Shown: positions 19,844-30,886, counted from the first letter of the stretch. The stretch: DNA of 64,000 nt from an uncultured Chloroflexia bacterium (GCA_963806695.1 CAWDYT010000001.1:12026-76025), one strand, 5' to 3'. Made by a program: numbers and translations. Notes: generated by a model from the sequence alone, not told the origin.

Positions 19844-20185
19844 GTGGTAGATGACGAGCTGCTGGGACTGCATCGGCAGGAGCTGCGACGGGGCACCGTC
19901 GTCCTGGCCTGCCTGCTCGCGCTGCGCGCGCCGGAGTATGGCTATGCGCTGCTGAAGCGCCTCGGGGACGCCGGCATTCCGAGCGAAGCGAACACCATCT
20001 ATCCGCTGCTGCGCCGGCTCGAGGAGCGCGGCCTGCTGGCAAGCGAGTGGAACACCGACGACACGCGCCCGCGGAAGTTCTACCGAACCAGCCCCGCTGG
20101 ACGCGAGCTGGCGGTGCAGCTGATGGCTGACATGACCGATCTGACGGCGTCCCTGCACGCCCTGAATGGAGGATCCGACGGATGA
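19844..20185 (+). CDS. PadR family transcriptional regulator (start uncertain: GTG 19844, 19835 or 19820)
   Basis: ...RGTVVLACLLALRAPEYGYALLKRLGDAGIPSEANTIYPLLRRLEERGLLASEWN... Confidence 0.75.
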   Translation: MVDDELLGLHRQELRRGTVVLACLLALRAPEYGYALLKRLGDAGIPSEANTIYPLLRRLEERGLLASEWNTDDTRPRKFYRTSPAGRELAVQLMADMTDLTASLHALNGGSDG

Positions 20186-21189
20186 CCGAGCTCACCGAGC
20201 GTTACCTTGCCGCGGCGCTGCGGAGCGTCCCGCACCGTCAGCGCACCGATGTTGAGCGGGAGCTCCGCTCGTCGATCGCGGACGCCGTCGAGGACCGGGC
20301 GAGCGCCGGCGAGGATCGCGACGCCGCTGAGCGAGCAGTCCTCAACGGACTCGGCGACCCAACCCGGCTGGCTGCCGGCATCGCCGGACGGCCGCTGCAC
20401 CTCATCGGCCCGGATCTCTTCGTCGAGTACCGCCAGCTGCTCGTGATGCTGCTCAGCATCGTGGTGCCCATCGTCGGCATCGTGCAGGCCGGCGTGGCCA
20501 TCGCGGGCGGCGAGGCGTTCATCGGCGCACTGGTCGCCGGCGCGGTGGGAGCGTGGACGGTTGGCGTCCACCTTTTCTTTTGGATCACCATCACCTTTGC
20601 CGCCATGGAGCGCTTCGACGCCATGCGCGAAGCTCGGGAGGGGATCGCGGCGGCAACCGGCACGTGGAACGTGGATCGGCTTCCGGCACTGCCCAGGGAC
20701 CGCGTCAGCGCCAGCGAGACGGTGGGCGAGGTCCTCACCACCATCCTGACCATCGGGGGCATCCTGCTGCTCAACAGCGCGGCGTGGTTCACCGACGACG
20801 CCGGCGAGGTCATCACGCTGTTCAACCCGGAGCTCTGGAACCTGTGGATGCCGGCGCTTCTGGTCATCCTCGCGGCTCTGGCGATCCTGCAGGTGGTCGT
20901 GTTCCTGGTGGGCCGCTGGACGATCCCGTTCGCCATCGGCTACACGATTCTCGAGCTCGCCTTCGCCATTCCGGTCGTCATCCTGGCGCTGTCCGGCTCG
21001 CTCATCAATCCGGCATTTGCTGAGGCTGTCGGGTGGCCGCCGCTCGCCGACGGCAATGGCGTGGTGATGATCAGCGTCGCCGCCGGAGTTGCGATCGTCA
21101 CCGCCTGGGAGATCATCGACGCGTTCCGTCGCGCACGACGGGCGGACACACACGCGGCCACGATGGCCCCCGGGCAGGCAACCCGATGA
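20182..21189 (+). CDS. PadR-associated membrane protein (DUF1700/HAAS-like N-terminal domain plus multi-TM)
   Basis: Its start overlaps the PadR stop (ATGA). Intact 335-aa ORF. Confidence 0.7.
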   Translation: MTELTERYLAAALRSVPHRQRTDVERELRSSIADAVEDRASAGEDRDAAERAVLNGLGDPTRLAAGIAGRPLHLIGPDLFVEYRQLLVMLLSIVVPIVGIVQAGVAIAGGEAFIGALVAGAVGAWTVGVHLFFWITITFAAMERFDAMREAREGIAAATGTWNVDRLPALPRDRVSASETVGEVLTTILTIGGILLLNSAAWFTDDAGEVITLFNPELWNLWMPALLVILAALAILQVVVFLVGRWTIPFAIGYTILELAFAIPVVILALSGSLINPAFAEAVGWPPLADGNGVVMISVAAGVAIVTAWEIIDAFRRARRADTHAATMAPGQATR

Positions 21190-21241
21190 GCGCGACGCCA
21201 ACCGCCGTGGTCGTCCTCGAGCCCCGGTGCGGAGGTCCCGC

Positions 21242-21660
21242 CTAGGTCGACTCCGCCCGGCTCGGGACCTCCTGGATCAGCCAGACATTGCCGTCCGGGT
21301 CGGTCATCGTGGCGTACGACCCGTAGTCGCCGCGTTTCGGGTCCGGGCCCGGTGTCTGCCCGGTCTCGCTCCAGTGGAAGATGTCGCTGACCTCGATGCC
21401 GCGCTCGGTGAGATCCCGGTGCGCCGCCTCGATGTCCGTGACGACGAGGTAGGTGTTGACGTACGACCCCGGCTCCGACTGCGGCGTGCCGGTCCCGAAG
21501 GTGATCGAGCATGGCGATCCGGGCGGGGTGAACTGGATGATCCGGAATCCGGGCGCAGGCTCGGTGTCAAGGTCGAGGTTCCATCCGGCCTGCTGGTAGA
21601 ACGCCTTGGCGCGGTCGCAGTCGCTGACCGGCAGGGTGATGGCTTCGATGCGGTAGTCCA
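21242..21660 (-). CDS. VOC family protein
   Basis: GTG at 21660 with an AAGGAG SD 9 nt upstream. The upstream part of ORF 21242..21841 is non-coding. Confidence 0.75.
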
Positions 21661-21704
21661 CGAGCGCGCACTCCTTGGGTGTTCGGCCGGACTCGCCGGC
21701 GGGG

Positions 21705-22139
21705 TCAGACCGGGAGCAGCACCGCGACGACCCCGACCGCCAGGCCGATGGTGAAGGACCACAGGCTGATCTGGCGCGCGCGGCGCAGGTCGAGGCGTCG
21801 CGCCTCGGCATCCTGGACGGCGACCGCGTCGTCACTGCCACCGAAGTTGAAGATCCCGCGCTGGGCGAAGCCGGCGCAGAACTTCATCCGGGCCTGGATG
21901 TAGCCCGAAGCCGATACGGCGACCGGCAGGATGAGAGCGAGCCGGGTCCACGGCGGCGCCCCGATCGCGATGAGGGCGACGAGCAGGATCACGGCCGCCG
22001 CCGCTCCGACGTGACCCGCCATGCGGCGGCGTCGGATCTCGGCTGGCCCGATGTTGCAGACTCCGGGCTGGTAGGCGGTCGGCGGCAGCGTCGTCATCGG
22101 GCCTGCGGCGAACAGTGTGGTGGTCACGTGGAGCTCCAT
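21705..22139 (-). CDS. hypothetical membrane protein (144 aa)
   Basis: Intact ORF with predicted TM helices. Confidence 0.5.
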   Translation of the reverse strand: MELHVTTTLFAAGPMTTLPPTAYQPGVCNIGPAEIRRRRMAGHVGAAAAVILLVALIAIGAPPWTRLALILPVAVSASGYIQARMKFCAGFAQRGIFNFGGSDDAVAVQDAEARRLDLRRARQISLWSFTIGLAVGVVAVLLPV

Positions 22140-22220
22140 GGTGAAGTGATCGGGGCATGGGGCGCAGACGAGTCGCCCGGTGCTCGGATCATATCCGCGA
22201 TTCGCGGACCACGCGTTCGG

Positions 22221-22949
22221 CTACCCGGTGGCGACCGCTGCGTGCTTCCTCGCCACCTCGCCGATGATCTGCGCCAGCTCCTGCGGCCGCGACCACATCG
22301 GCCAATGGCTGGTGGGCAGGTCGACCCAGCTGGCGTTGCGGAGCTCTGGAATGCCGGCCAGGAACGACCATTCGGGGTGCTCCCGAGCGTAGGTCTGGTA
22401 CTGCTCGCCGGTGAAGGCGGTGCAGATCAGGGTGCTCGGGATGTCGCGCCTGGCATCGTTCGTCAATTCGAAGCCATCTCGCAGGACAGCGCCAGGAACG
22501 GGAATGGCGCGCTCACGGAATCGCTCTTTCTGCTCTTCGCTGATGCCGTCGAGATTCTCCTCGGCCACGATTTCCTCCCAGACCATGGGCTTCTCCACGT
22601 CTGCGAAGTCGGGGTCCTGGGGGGCGATTCCCGGCGCGGTGTCGACATAGACCATCGCCGCGATCTTCTCTGGTACGCGGTCGCTGGCCGCGTACCCCGT
22701 GAATCCGCTGGCGCTGTGGACGGCCAGGACGACAGGGGCCGAGGCCGCGTCCACGGCCGCCTCGATGGCCTTGACGTGGTCCGCGAAGGTGATGCCGGAC
22801 CGGTCGGCGTCGGCTGACTCCAGGCCGGGAAGGGTGATGGCGGTGACATCGTGGCCGTCGGCGCGCAGCGCATCGGCCACCTCGTCCCACGCCCACGCCC
22901 CCAGCCAGAAGCCGGGGACCAGGATGATCGGTGCAGTCTGCTCAGCCAT
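22221..22949 (-). CDS. alpha/beta hydrolase (esterase)
   Basis: Intact. ...LAVHSASGFTG... Confidence 0.8.
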   Translation of the reverse strand: MAEQTAPIILVPGFWLGAWAWDEVADALRADGHDVTAITLPGLESADADRSGITFADHVKAIEAAVDAASAPVVLAVHSASGFTGYAASDRVPEKIAAMVYVDTAPGIAPQDPDFADVEKPMVWEEIVAEENLDGISEEQKERFRERAIPVPGAVLRDGFELTNDARRDIPSTLICTAFTGEQYQTYAREHPEWSFLAGIPELRNASWVDLPTSHWPMWSRPQELAQIIGEVARKHAAVATG

Positions 22950-22958
22950 CGTCGCTCC

Positions 22959-23591
22959 CTACGTTGCAGTGCTGGTCGAAAAGTCGATGCGCATCACGGC
23001 CCGGCGCGGCGTCGGCCGGCCGACCTCCTCGAACCCGGCGGCGGCGAACATGCTCCACGTCCCCATGTGCAGCTCGCCCCAGGTGATGTCCTGGCCTGGC
23101 CGAGTGAGCATGGGGTATGCCTCGAGCATGCGAGCACCGCGGTCGCGCGCGAACTCGACGGCCGATTGCGCCAGCGCGTAGCCGATGCGGCGACGGCGGA
23201 ACCCGGCGCGGGTGAAGACGCAGGTCACCGCCCACACCGTCTCGTCGCTCTTGTCCTCGGTGCGGCCCTCCCAGGGCACGCGGTAGACGCGCAGGAGGCC
23301 CTCGTACGCGGGGCGCGGCTCGACCGCGCACCAGCCCACGGGCTCACCGTCGAGGTAGGCGACCAGGCCGCTGGTCGTGGTCGCGCCCGGCTGTCCGCAG
23401 CTCGTCTGTGCGCGCAGCCGGCGAGCACGTTCCTCAGCCGGATACGACTTGAACGCTTCGCGCGGGGCGAGCTTGTACCGCTGGCACTGGCAGATGGCTG
23501 CCGGGCCGCGAGCGCCGAACACCGTCTGGAGGTCGTCGCACCCTGCCTCGTTGGCCGGAAGGACGGTGATCTCACCGGTCATGCGTTGCAT
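22959..23591 (-). CDS. GNAT family N-acetyltransferase
   Basis: Intact ORF. The start is ambiguous (ATG 23591 or 23582, GTG 23612). Confidence 0.7.
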   Translation of the reverse strand: MQRMTGEITVLPANEAGCDDLQTVFGARGPAAICQCQRYKLAPREAFKSYPAEERARRLRAQTSCGQPGATTTSGLVAYLDGEPVGWCAVEPRPAYEGLLRVYRVPWEGRTEDKSDETVWAVTCVFTRAGFRRRRIGYALAQSAVEFARDRGARMLEAYPMLTRPGQDITWGELHMGTWSMFAAAGFEEVGRPTPRRAVMRIDFSTSTAT

Positions 23592-23644
23592 GGTGGACGA
23601 GGAACCTGACACCCCGCGGCAGGAATCGCGCGCATCATGGCGAC

Positions 23645-24154
23645 ATGAGCAATTCCACCATTCGCACGCCGTACGAGATGTGGCCCCAGTACAACCGTCG
23701 ACTGCGCGAGGTCATCGGCGCCATGACGCCGGACCAGCTCGCCATTCGCCCGTCACCCGACGGCTGGCCGATCTGGGCGACCGTCGGCCACAACGCCGGC
23801 ACCCGGGTGTACTGGCTGTGCGACGTGATCGGGGAGCCGGGTGCGGAGACGACGCCATTCGGCGCCAACGCCGAGGTGGGCTGGGAGGACGACCTCGATC
23901 ACGTGCGCAGCGCCGACGAGCTCGTGGAGGCACTGGACACGACGTTCCGGCTCATCGAGAGCTGCCTGGACCGATGGACCCCGGACATGCTCGGCGACCG
24001 GATCAGTCGCGAGTACGCCGGGACGGTCCAGGTCCACACGCGCTCCTCGATCCTGCAGCGAATGCTGACCCACGACGCCTACCACTGTGGTGAGCTGTCG
24101 CAGACGCTCGGCATCCACGGGCTGCCGCAGATCGACCTCTGGCGACCCGACTGA
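23645..24154 (+). CDS. DinB family protein (DinB_2-like 4-helix bundle)
   Basis: Intact 169-aa ORF. Confidence 0.75.
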   Translation: MSNSTIRTPYEMWPQYNRRLREVIGAMTPDQLAIRPSPDGWPIWATVGHNAGTRVYWLCDVIGEPGAETTPFGANAEVGWEDDLDHVRSADELVEALDTTFRLIESCLDRWTPDMLGDRISREYAGTVQVHTRSSILQRMLTHDAYHCGELSQTLGIHGLPQIDLWRPD

Positions 24155-24156
24155 CG

Positions 24157-25133
24157 ATGGGTCGCGTGCCGGTGCCCGAAGCTGCGCACCCGGCGGCCCG
24201 GCTGTCCGGCACCGGCCGGCTGCAGGGACCCGCTCGGCGAATCGTGTCGCTGCTGCCCTCCGCCAGCGAGATCGTGTGCGCCCTCGGGCTGGCGGATCGG
24301 CTGGTGGCCGTGACGCACGAGTGCGACTTCCCACCCGACGCCGTCGAGGGCATCCCGCGGGTCACCGCGAATCGGCTCCCACCGGAGGTGACCGGGTCGC
24401 GGGAGATCGATGCGGCGGTCCGCTCCGCGCTGGACGCCGGCCACGGCATCTACGCGCTGGACGAGGCGCGCATGGCCGAGCTCGAGCCAGACCTCGTGCT
24501 GACCCAGGAGCTGTGCCGCGTCTGCGCGGTCTCGTACCCGATGGTGCTCGAAGCGGCCAGGAGCCTGGGCGGCGACGACGGGCCGGTCGTCGTGTCGCTC
24601 GAGCCGCACACGCTCGACGAGATGTTCACCACGATCGAGCTCGTCGCGCGGCTCGCGGGGGTCGAGGAGCGGGGGAGCGAGCTCGTGGCCGACCTTCGTC
24701 AGCGACTCGCCGGGGTCGAGCTGCCGATCCACCGCCGGCGCGTGGCCGCGATCGAGTGGCTCGACCCGCTGTTCGCGCCCGGACACTGGGTGCCGGAGCA
24801 GGTCGAGCGGGCCGGTGGCACCCCGGTCATCGGCTGGGCGGGCGAGCCGTCACGCGAGCTGGCGTGGACGGCGCTTGTGGAGAGCCGATCCCGAGGTGAT
24901 CGTCCTCGGTTTGTGCGGGTTCGACCTGGCGCGAACCATCGGCGAGTGGCGCGCGTTCGACCCGCCGCCCGAGTTGGCCTGCCACGACGGCCTGGCAGAC
25001 CGGACAGCTGTGGGCGATCGACGGCTCGGCCTACGTGTCGCGCCCCGGCCCGCGGCTCATCGACGGGGTCGAGGTGCTTGCGGCGATCCTCGCCGGGCGC
25101 CCGGACGACCGTGCCACCAGGCTGGATCGGTAA
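24157..25133 (+). pseudogene. ABC transporter substrate-binding protein (BtuF/TroA-fold, cobalamin/siderophore type); 2 frameshifts
   Basis: ORF 24157.. (...LVAVTHECDFPP...DLVLTQELCRVCAVSY...) continues in ORF 24815 (ADPEVIVLGLCGFDLARTIGEWRAFD) and then in a third frame to ...RPDDRATRLDR. Confidence 0.6.
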
Positions 25134-25165
25134 GCACGAGCTCGACATTGGACTGAGGAGCTGCG

Positions 25166-25837
25166 ATGACGACCACGGATGGCATCACACCAATGGCGTT
25201 CCTCGAGGCGGAGGGCCTCGAGAACTGGCGCGTCGTCAGCGACGGCGCAACGGTCTTCTTCCACACGTCGTCGCTTGCTGAGAGTGCGCGGATGGTCCAG
25301 GGACTCTCCGAGATCGAGGGGATCGAGGGCCATCCGCCTGCGATTGACGTCCGCCAGGACGGGGTGACAGTTCGGTTGATCACCCCGGCGGATGACTGGT
25401 TCGGTCCGACGCAGCGCGACGTGGAGATGGCTCAGCGGATCTCGGCGGTCGCCGACCAACTCGGTCTCCAGGCGGACCCTGCAGCCGTTCAGAGCATGCT
25501 GGTGATCCCCGGGGCGCCGAAGGACGTGGACATCCTTCCGTTCTGGCGCGCCGTGCTCGCCTATGACCCACGCTCGGACAGCCCTGAGGAGGACATCGTC
25601 GATCCTCGCGACCGCGGGCCGGCGTTGTGGTTCGAGGAGATGGACGAGCCGCGACCCGATGGTGGCGGCGCGATCCACGTCGCCGTGTGGGTGCCCCATG
25701 ACCAGGCGGAGGCGCGCGTGCAGGCAGCGTTGGCGGCGGGCGGGCGGGTGGTCCGCGACAGGGCACCGTCCTGGTGGACGCTTGCCGACCCGGCCGGTAA
25801 CGAAGCGGACGTGGCCACGGTCATCGGTCGGGACTAG
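25166..25837 (+). CDS. pterin-4a-carbinolamine dehydratase-like domain fused to a VOC-like domain
   Basis: Intact 223-aa ORF. ...EGHPPAIDVRQDGVTVRLIT... Confidence 0.65.
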   Translation: MTTTDGITPMAFLEAEGLENWRVVSDGATVFFHTSSLAESARMVQGLSEIEGIEGHPPAIDVRQDGVTVRLITPADDWFGPTQRDVEMAQRISAVADQLGLQADPAAVQSMLVIPGAPKDVDILPFWRAVLAYDPRSDSPEEDIVDPRDRGPALWFEEMDEPRPDGGGAIHVAVWVPHDQAEARVQAALAAGGRVVRDRAPSWWTLADPAGNEADVATVIGRD

Positions 25838-26009
25838 CGACCGTCCGTTCCTGCCTGGACGAGACATCGGTCGCGGATGGGCTCGGCCGCCGCTCCACCC
25901 GCAGGTGGAGGGCGCGTTCCTGCCTCAGCGGGATGGAGCGGGGACCCGTAACACCGATCGTGCCTCCTGGCGCACAACAAAGTGCGCCGCCATCAGGAGG
26001 TACATCGAC

Positions 26010-27567
26010 ATGACACCCATCCGTGCAGGCGGAACGCCGCGGCTGACGCTGCGCCGCATTGCAGTCGCGGCCGTGACCCTCTTCGTTTCGGCCAACCTCG
26101 TCGTCGGGATCCTTCGTGGCGACGGCGGGTCACGGCCAGCACCCGCGAGCGACGCCGAGATCGAGGCGTTCCTTGCCGAGCAGATCCGCGACGCCGGATA
26201 TCCCGGCGCAGCGTTCGCGATCGTCCGCGACGGCCGCGTTACCCACAGCGGGGGAGTCGGCCGCGCCGACGCGAGCGGGAGGCCGGTGCGGCCGGACACG
26301 CCCTTCGTCATCGGCTCCCTCAGCAAGGCCATCACAGCCACCGCGCTCATGCAGCTGGTCCAGGCCGGCCGCGTCGCGTTGGACGCGCCGGTGAGCACCT
26401 ATCTGCCCGACTTCGCCCTGGCGGCCCGGGGCCGACGAGATCACGCTCCGCCATCTGCTGCACCAGACGAGTGGCATCCCGCCGCTCGCCGGCATCGCGC
26501 CGCTTGGCGGGCCCCGTCACCACCCTGGTCGCGCAGGTCGACGCGCTTCGCTCGGTGACGCTGCAGTCGGAGCCGGGATCGGCATTCGCGTACTCGAATG
26601 CGAACTACGTGGTCCTGGGGCTGGTCATCGAGCGCGTGAGCGAGCGCCCGTTCGGGGCGTACGTCGCCGAGGAGATCTTCACGCCTCTCGCGCATGGACG
26701 ACTCGCACGTTCACATCGACCGGGCCGCCGCGGACGGCCTGACCGATGCGCACCGCTTCTGGTTCGGGATTCCGACCGGCGGCGATCCGCTGTGGCGGCC
26801 GGACCTGATGGCCGCCGGCTGGCTGGTGGCCAGCGCCGACGACCTCGGTCGCTTCCTGGCAGCCAACCTTTCCGGCGGCGCCCTCGATGGTGCGCGGTTG
26901 CTCCCGCGCGAGGCAATCGAGGACCTGCATGCCGGAGCGGTCGAGGCCGGGCGGGGACAGTACGCAATGGGCTGGGTCGACGGGGCCATCGGGGAGACGC
27001 GCATCGTCAGCCACTCCGGTTCGACGACCGACATGGCGAGCGCGATGTACCTCGCCCCGGACGAGAACGTCGGCCTCGTGGTGCTCTACAACGGCCAGAG
27101 CCTCGTGTATGAGCTGCTGCACAAGGGCGAGGCGATCGCCGAGGCCGCCATGGCCCGGCTGGTGGGCGAGCCCGCTGGTGGGACGCTCGGCGCGCTGTAC
27201 CCGGCGTTCACCGCAGCGGTGGTGCTCATGGTCGCCCTCCAGGCCCGCGGCATCGTCCGAGCCGTGGGTCGCGTGCGGCGAGGTGAACCGGTGGTACGCC
27301 CGATCCTCGGCCACGGCTGGCATCGGCGTGACGATGGCGACGTGGAGCCTGGCCATCGCACCCGCCCTCGTGCTGTGGGCCACGCCGGACACGTTCGGCG
27401 CACCCTGGTCGGTGCTCGTCCACATCGACCTCGGCCAGGCCCTGGCGGCCTATGCCGTGCTCCAGCTCGTCCTCGGCGCCATCGTCGTCGTGCCTCCCCT
27501 CGTCCGGCGGGCCGGTGCGGCCGGCGGACGGATCCCTCGACCGACCACCGGACAGCACGTAGGCTGA
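26010..27567 (+). pseudogene. serine hydrolase (beta-lactamase family) with C-terminal TM region; at least 3 frameshifts
   Basis: ATG 26010 with an AGGAGG SD. ...FVIGSLSKAITATALMQLV... (SxxK motif). Continues in ORF 26694 (...GQYAMGWVDG...SHSGSTTDMAS...) and ORF 26887 (C-terminal TM). Confidence 0.65.
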
Positions 27568-27571
27568 CGAC

Positions 27572-28405
27572 ATGCCGACCGGATCGTGGATCCCGTCGCG
27601 GGTACGCCGGCACGCCGATGTCCTGGACATCGGAGCCGGCGTGGCCGTGTTCATCGGCGTGCTCGCCATCTCGCTGGTCCAGTGGGGAGTCACCGACGAG
27701 GGATGGACGCGCGGCGTCACGCTCGGTGCAGCGCTCGGGCTGGTCGTCGCGATCGCCGTGCGACGCGACCGGCTCCGGCGAGTCGCGCGTGAGCGGGCGG
27801 ATGGCGAGCAGCGGCTCCAGCTGGCCCGTGAGCTGCACGATGCCGTGGCCAGCCAGGTCGGCATCATCGGCATCCAGGCGGCGGCAGCCCGCCGGATCCT
27901 GGCGACCGATCCGTCCGCTGCGGCTGGGTCGCTCGAGGCGATCGAGCTCGCCGCACGCACGGCAAACGCGGACCTGCGACGCATGCTGGGCACGCTCCGG
28001 GCCGGGGCGACGGCGCCCGCTCCCGGGCTGCATGAGCTGCCGGCGCTGGTCAGCGATTACCGCGCACAGGGCCTCGACGTGGAGCTTCGAGCGTTCGACG
28101 CGCCGCGCGACCTGGAGCCGGAGCTCGACGCGGTTGCCTACCGGATCGTGCAGGAAGCGCTGGCGAACGCCCTCGCCCACGCCGGCCGCGTCCGGGCGAC
28201 CGTCGACGTGGCCCCTGACCACGATGGCCTGCACGTGGTAGTGGTCAATCAGCCGGGTCAACCAGCATCGGTGCATTCCGGAAGCGGTCTCGGGCTCAAG
28301 GGCATGCAGGAGCGAGTCGCGCTGCACGGCGGCATGCTCCGGGCCGGCCCGCGGAATGGCGGCGAGTTCGTGGTCGACGCGACGCTGCCGGTCCGACGCC
28401 GATGA
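27572..28405 (+). CDS. sensor histidine kinase (NarL-type, HisKA_3)
   Basis: Intact 277-aa ORF. ...RELHDAVASQVGIIGIQAAAARR... Confidence 0.85.
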   Translation: MPTGSWIPSRVRRHADVLDIGAGVAVFIGVLAISLVQWGVTDEGWTRGVTLGAALGLVVAIAVRRDRLRRVARERADGEQRLQLARELHDAVASQVGIIGIQAAAARRILATDPSAAAGSLEAIELAARTANADLRRMLGTLRAGATAPAPGLHELPALVSDYRAQGLDVELRAFDAPRDLEPELDAVAYRIVQEALANALAHAGRVRATVDVAPDHDGLHVVVVNQPGQPASVHSGSGLGLKGMQERVALHGGMLRAGPRNGGEFVVDATLPVRRR

Positions 28406-29073
28406 GCGGCATCGGCGTCCTGCTGGTGGACGACCAGGCGATGATCCGGCAGGGCCTGCGGCTGATTATCGAGTCCGAGCCGGACATGCGAGTGGTCGGC
28501 GAGGCGGCCGACGGAAGCGAGGCCATCGACGGCGTGCGCCTGCTGCGTCCCGACATCGTGCTGATGGACGTCCAGATGCCCGGCGTCGACGGCATCGAGG
28601 CGACCAGGCGGCTGCTGGCGGAGCGGCCGGACGCGGGCGCCCCGCGCGTGGTCATGCTCACCACGTTCGACCTCGACGAGTACGTGTTCGAGGCACTGCG
28701 CGCGGGAGCAAGCGGGTTCCTCCTGAAGAACGCCCCGGCGGAAGATCTCGTCGCGGCGATCCGTACGATCGCGGAGGGGGACGCGCTGCTGGCACCCGCC
28801 GTCACCCGCCGCGTGGTCGAGGCCTTCGCGACGCGGCGCCCCACGGCCGACGTCCGACGTCGGATCGAGTCCCTCAGTCCCCGGGAGCGCGACGTCCTGC
28901 GCCTGGCGGCGCGGGGGATGACGAACAGCGAGATCGCCGATGACCTCGTGGTGGGCGAGGCGACGGTGAAGACGCACATCGGCAGCATCCTCGCCAAGTT
29001 GGGCGCCCGCGACCGCGTGGCGCTCGTGATCGCGGCCTACGAGGCCGGGGTCGTCGAACCGGGCGCCGAGTAG
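28402..29073 (+). CDS. LuxR/NarL-family response regulator
   Basis: Intact. REC domain (VLLVDDQAMIRQG...) plus a LuxR HTH. Overlaps the HK stop. Confidence 0.85.
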   Translation: MSGIGVLLVDDQAMIRQGLRLIIESEPDMRVVGEAADGSEAIDGVRLLRPDIVLMDVQMPGVDGIEATRRLLAERPDAGAPRVVMLTTFDLDEYVFEALRAGASGFLLKNAPAEDLVAAIRTIAEGDALLAPAVTRRVVEAFATRRPTADVRRRIESLSPRERDVLRLAARGMTNSEIADDLVVGEATVKTHIGSILAKLGARDRVALVIAAYEAGVVEPGAE

Positions 29074-29278
29074 CAGATCCAACCTCGCTGGGCGATTGAC
29101 GCCCGGCCTAGACTGGACGCGGGCGAATCCCGCGCCCAACCTCGGCTCCGGCGCTCACGCCGCCGGCATCGGTGAGGCAAAGGGGACACAGTCCTCGGGA
29201 TGGTGACGGCACCCCTTCGTGGTGGCGCCCGACGGAGCGTGAGTCGGTCGTACGCCCCATGAACGAAGGAAGCGTGCA

Positions 29279-29968
29279 ATGACGACGCAGAAACTCCTCA
29301 AGCGCCGCGTCCGCGAGCGCATGTCCAAGACCGGGGAGAGCTACACGGCCGCGCGCCGGCACGTCGCGGAGAAGCGCGACCGGCTGCTCGCGGAACCTCC
29401 CAACCTCGCCGCCGCAGAGGAGCTCGTCTCCACCGAGCGGCTCACCGAGGTCACCGGCCACAGCTGGGCGACCTGGATCTCGATGCTGGACCACTGGGGT
29501 GCCAGCGAGCGGAAGCACCCCGAGATCGCCAGGCACCTCGTGGCCGATCTCGGAGTCAACGGCTGGTGGGCGCAGTCCATCACGAACGGCTACGAACGCG
29601 CCCGCGGCATGCGGATGAAGCACCAGCAGGCAGACGGCTTCACGGTCTCGGCCTCGAAGACCATCGGCGTACCGATCGCGGTTGCCTTCGAAGCGTTCAC
29701 CGACGATGAGACCCGCCGGCGCTGGCTGACCGATGGGGAGCTGTCTCCACGGTCGTCGCAGCCGACCAAAGTGGCCCGCTTCGACTGGGATGGCGGGCCG
29801 ACCCGGATCATGGCCTCGTTCGAGGACAAGGGGCCGGCAAAGGTCACCGTGGTGGTTTCGCACGAACGGCTCCCCGGCGCCGATGCGGCCGATGCCGCGA
29901 AGTCGCTCTGGCGCGCGCGCCTGGCGGCGCTCAAGACCCACCTCGAGGCTACTGATCGGTCCAGCTGA
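29279..29968 (+). CDS. DUF4287 + SRPBCC (AHSA1-like) domain protein
   Basis: Intact 229-aa ORF. Confidence 0.65.
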   Translation: MTTQKLLKRRVRERMSKTGESYTAARRHVAEKRDRLLAEPPNLAAAEELVSTERLTEVTGHSWATWISMLDHWGASERKHPEIARHLVADLGVNGWWAQSITNGYERARGMRMKHQQADGFTVSASKTIGVPIAVAFEAFTDDETRRRWLTDGELSPRSSQPTKVARFDWDGGPTRIMASFEDKGPAKVTVVVSHERLPGADAADAAKSLWRARLAALKTHLEATDRSS

Positions 29969-30021
29969 TCGCGTCGTCTCCTCGCTCGACACGCACGTCA
30001 TTCCGAACACGGAGGTGTTCC

Positions 30022-30879
30022 ATGTCCTCACACACTCAGACCCGGTCCGCGCGCGTCCTGCTGGACGGCCTCGCCTATGTCGAGTCGCCGCGATGGCACG
30101 ATGGACGGCTGTGGTTCGCCCACTGGGGAACCGATGAGATCATCGCCGTCGACCTCGACGGCTCGCGCGAGGTCGCGGGCCACGGGCCCGGTGGTCTCGG
30201 CTGGTCGATCGACTGGCTCCCCGACGGTCGCCTGCTGACGACCGGAGCAGGGCTCTTCCGCCACGAGCCCGACGGGACGGTCGTCCCTCATGCCGACCTG
30301 GGCCACCTCGCAGCCGATTGGAACGAGCTCGTCGTCGACGGCCGCGGCAACGTCTACGTCAACGGCCGCTGCGAGTTCGACTTCAGCGGCGGACCCCCGC
30401 AGGGGATTGTCGCGCTCGTCACGCCGGACGGCGCGGCCCGCCAGGTGGCCGACGGCATCGCCTTCCCCAACGGGATGGTCGTGACGCCCGATAACCGGAC
30501 CCTGATCATCGCCGAGTCCATTGCCGCCAGGCTTACGGCGTTCGACATCGAGCCCGATGGATCACTGTCGAATCGCCGCACCTGGGCCGACGGCATCGGA
30601 GCCGATGGGATCTGTCTCGACGGCGAGGGCGCGGTGTGGGCACAGTCGGGACCGATGGAAAGCGCGTGCGTGCGGGTTCGCCAGGGCGGCGAGATCCTCG
30701 ATCGGATCGACCTCGACCGCAGCCCGTTCGCGTGCATGCTCGGAGGGCGAGAGGGGAGAACGCTGTTCATCCTGGCCGCCGACTGGCGCGGCTTCGAGCA
30801 GATCGAGGCCGCCATCGCGGACCGAACCGGCCAGGTGCTGATCGCCGATGCTCCGGCCCCCCACGCGGGGTGGCCGTAG
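30022..30879 (+). CDS. SMP-30/gluconolactonase/LRE family protein
   Basis: Intact 285-aa ORF. Confidence 0.75.
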   Translation: MSSHTQTRSARVLLDGLAYVESPRWHDGRLWFAHWGTDEIIAVDLDGSREVAGHGPGGLGWSIDWLPDGRLLTTGAGLFRHEPDGTVVPHADLGHLAADWNELVVDGRGNVYVNGRCEFDFSGGPPQGIVALVTPDGAARQVADGIAFPNGMVVTPDNRTLIIAESIAARLTAFDIEPDGSLSNRRTWADGIGADGICLDGEGAVWAQSGPMESACVRVRQGGEILDRIDLDRSPFACMLGGREGRTLFILAADWRGFEQIEAAIADRTGQVLIADAPAPHAGWP

Positions 30880-30886
30880 GAATCGG

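Noticed and set aside
24157-25133. Cobalamin riboswitch upstream of the BtuF-like binding protein
   Set aside because: The gene starts 2 bp after the DinB stop, which leaves no leader.
29074-29278. 205-bp intergenic region upstream of the DUF4287 gene as a riboswitch or sRNA
   Set aside because: It has only short GC hairpins, including GGGCG-attga-CGCCC at 29090-29104. It matches no riboswitch consensus I can recognise by eye, so I leave it as an ordinary leader or terminator.
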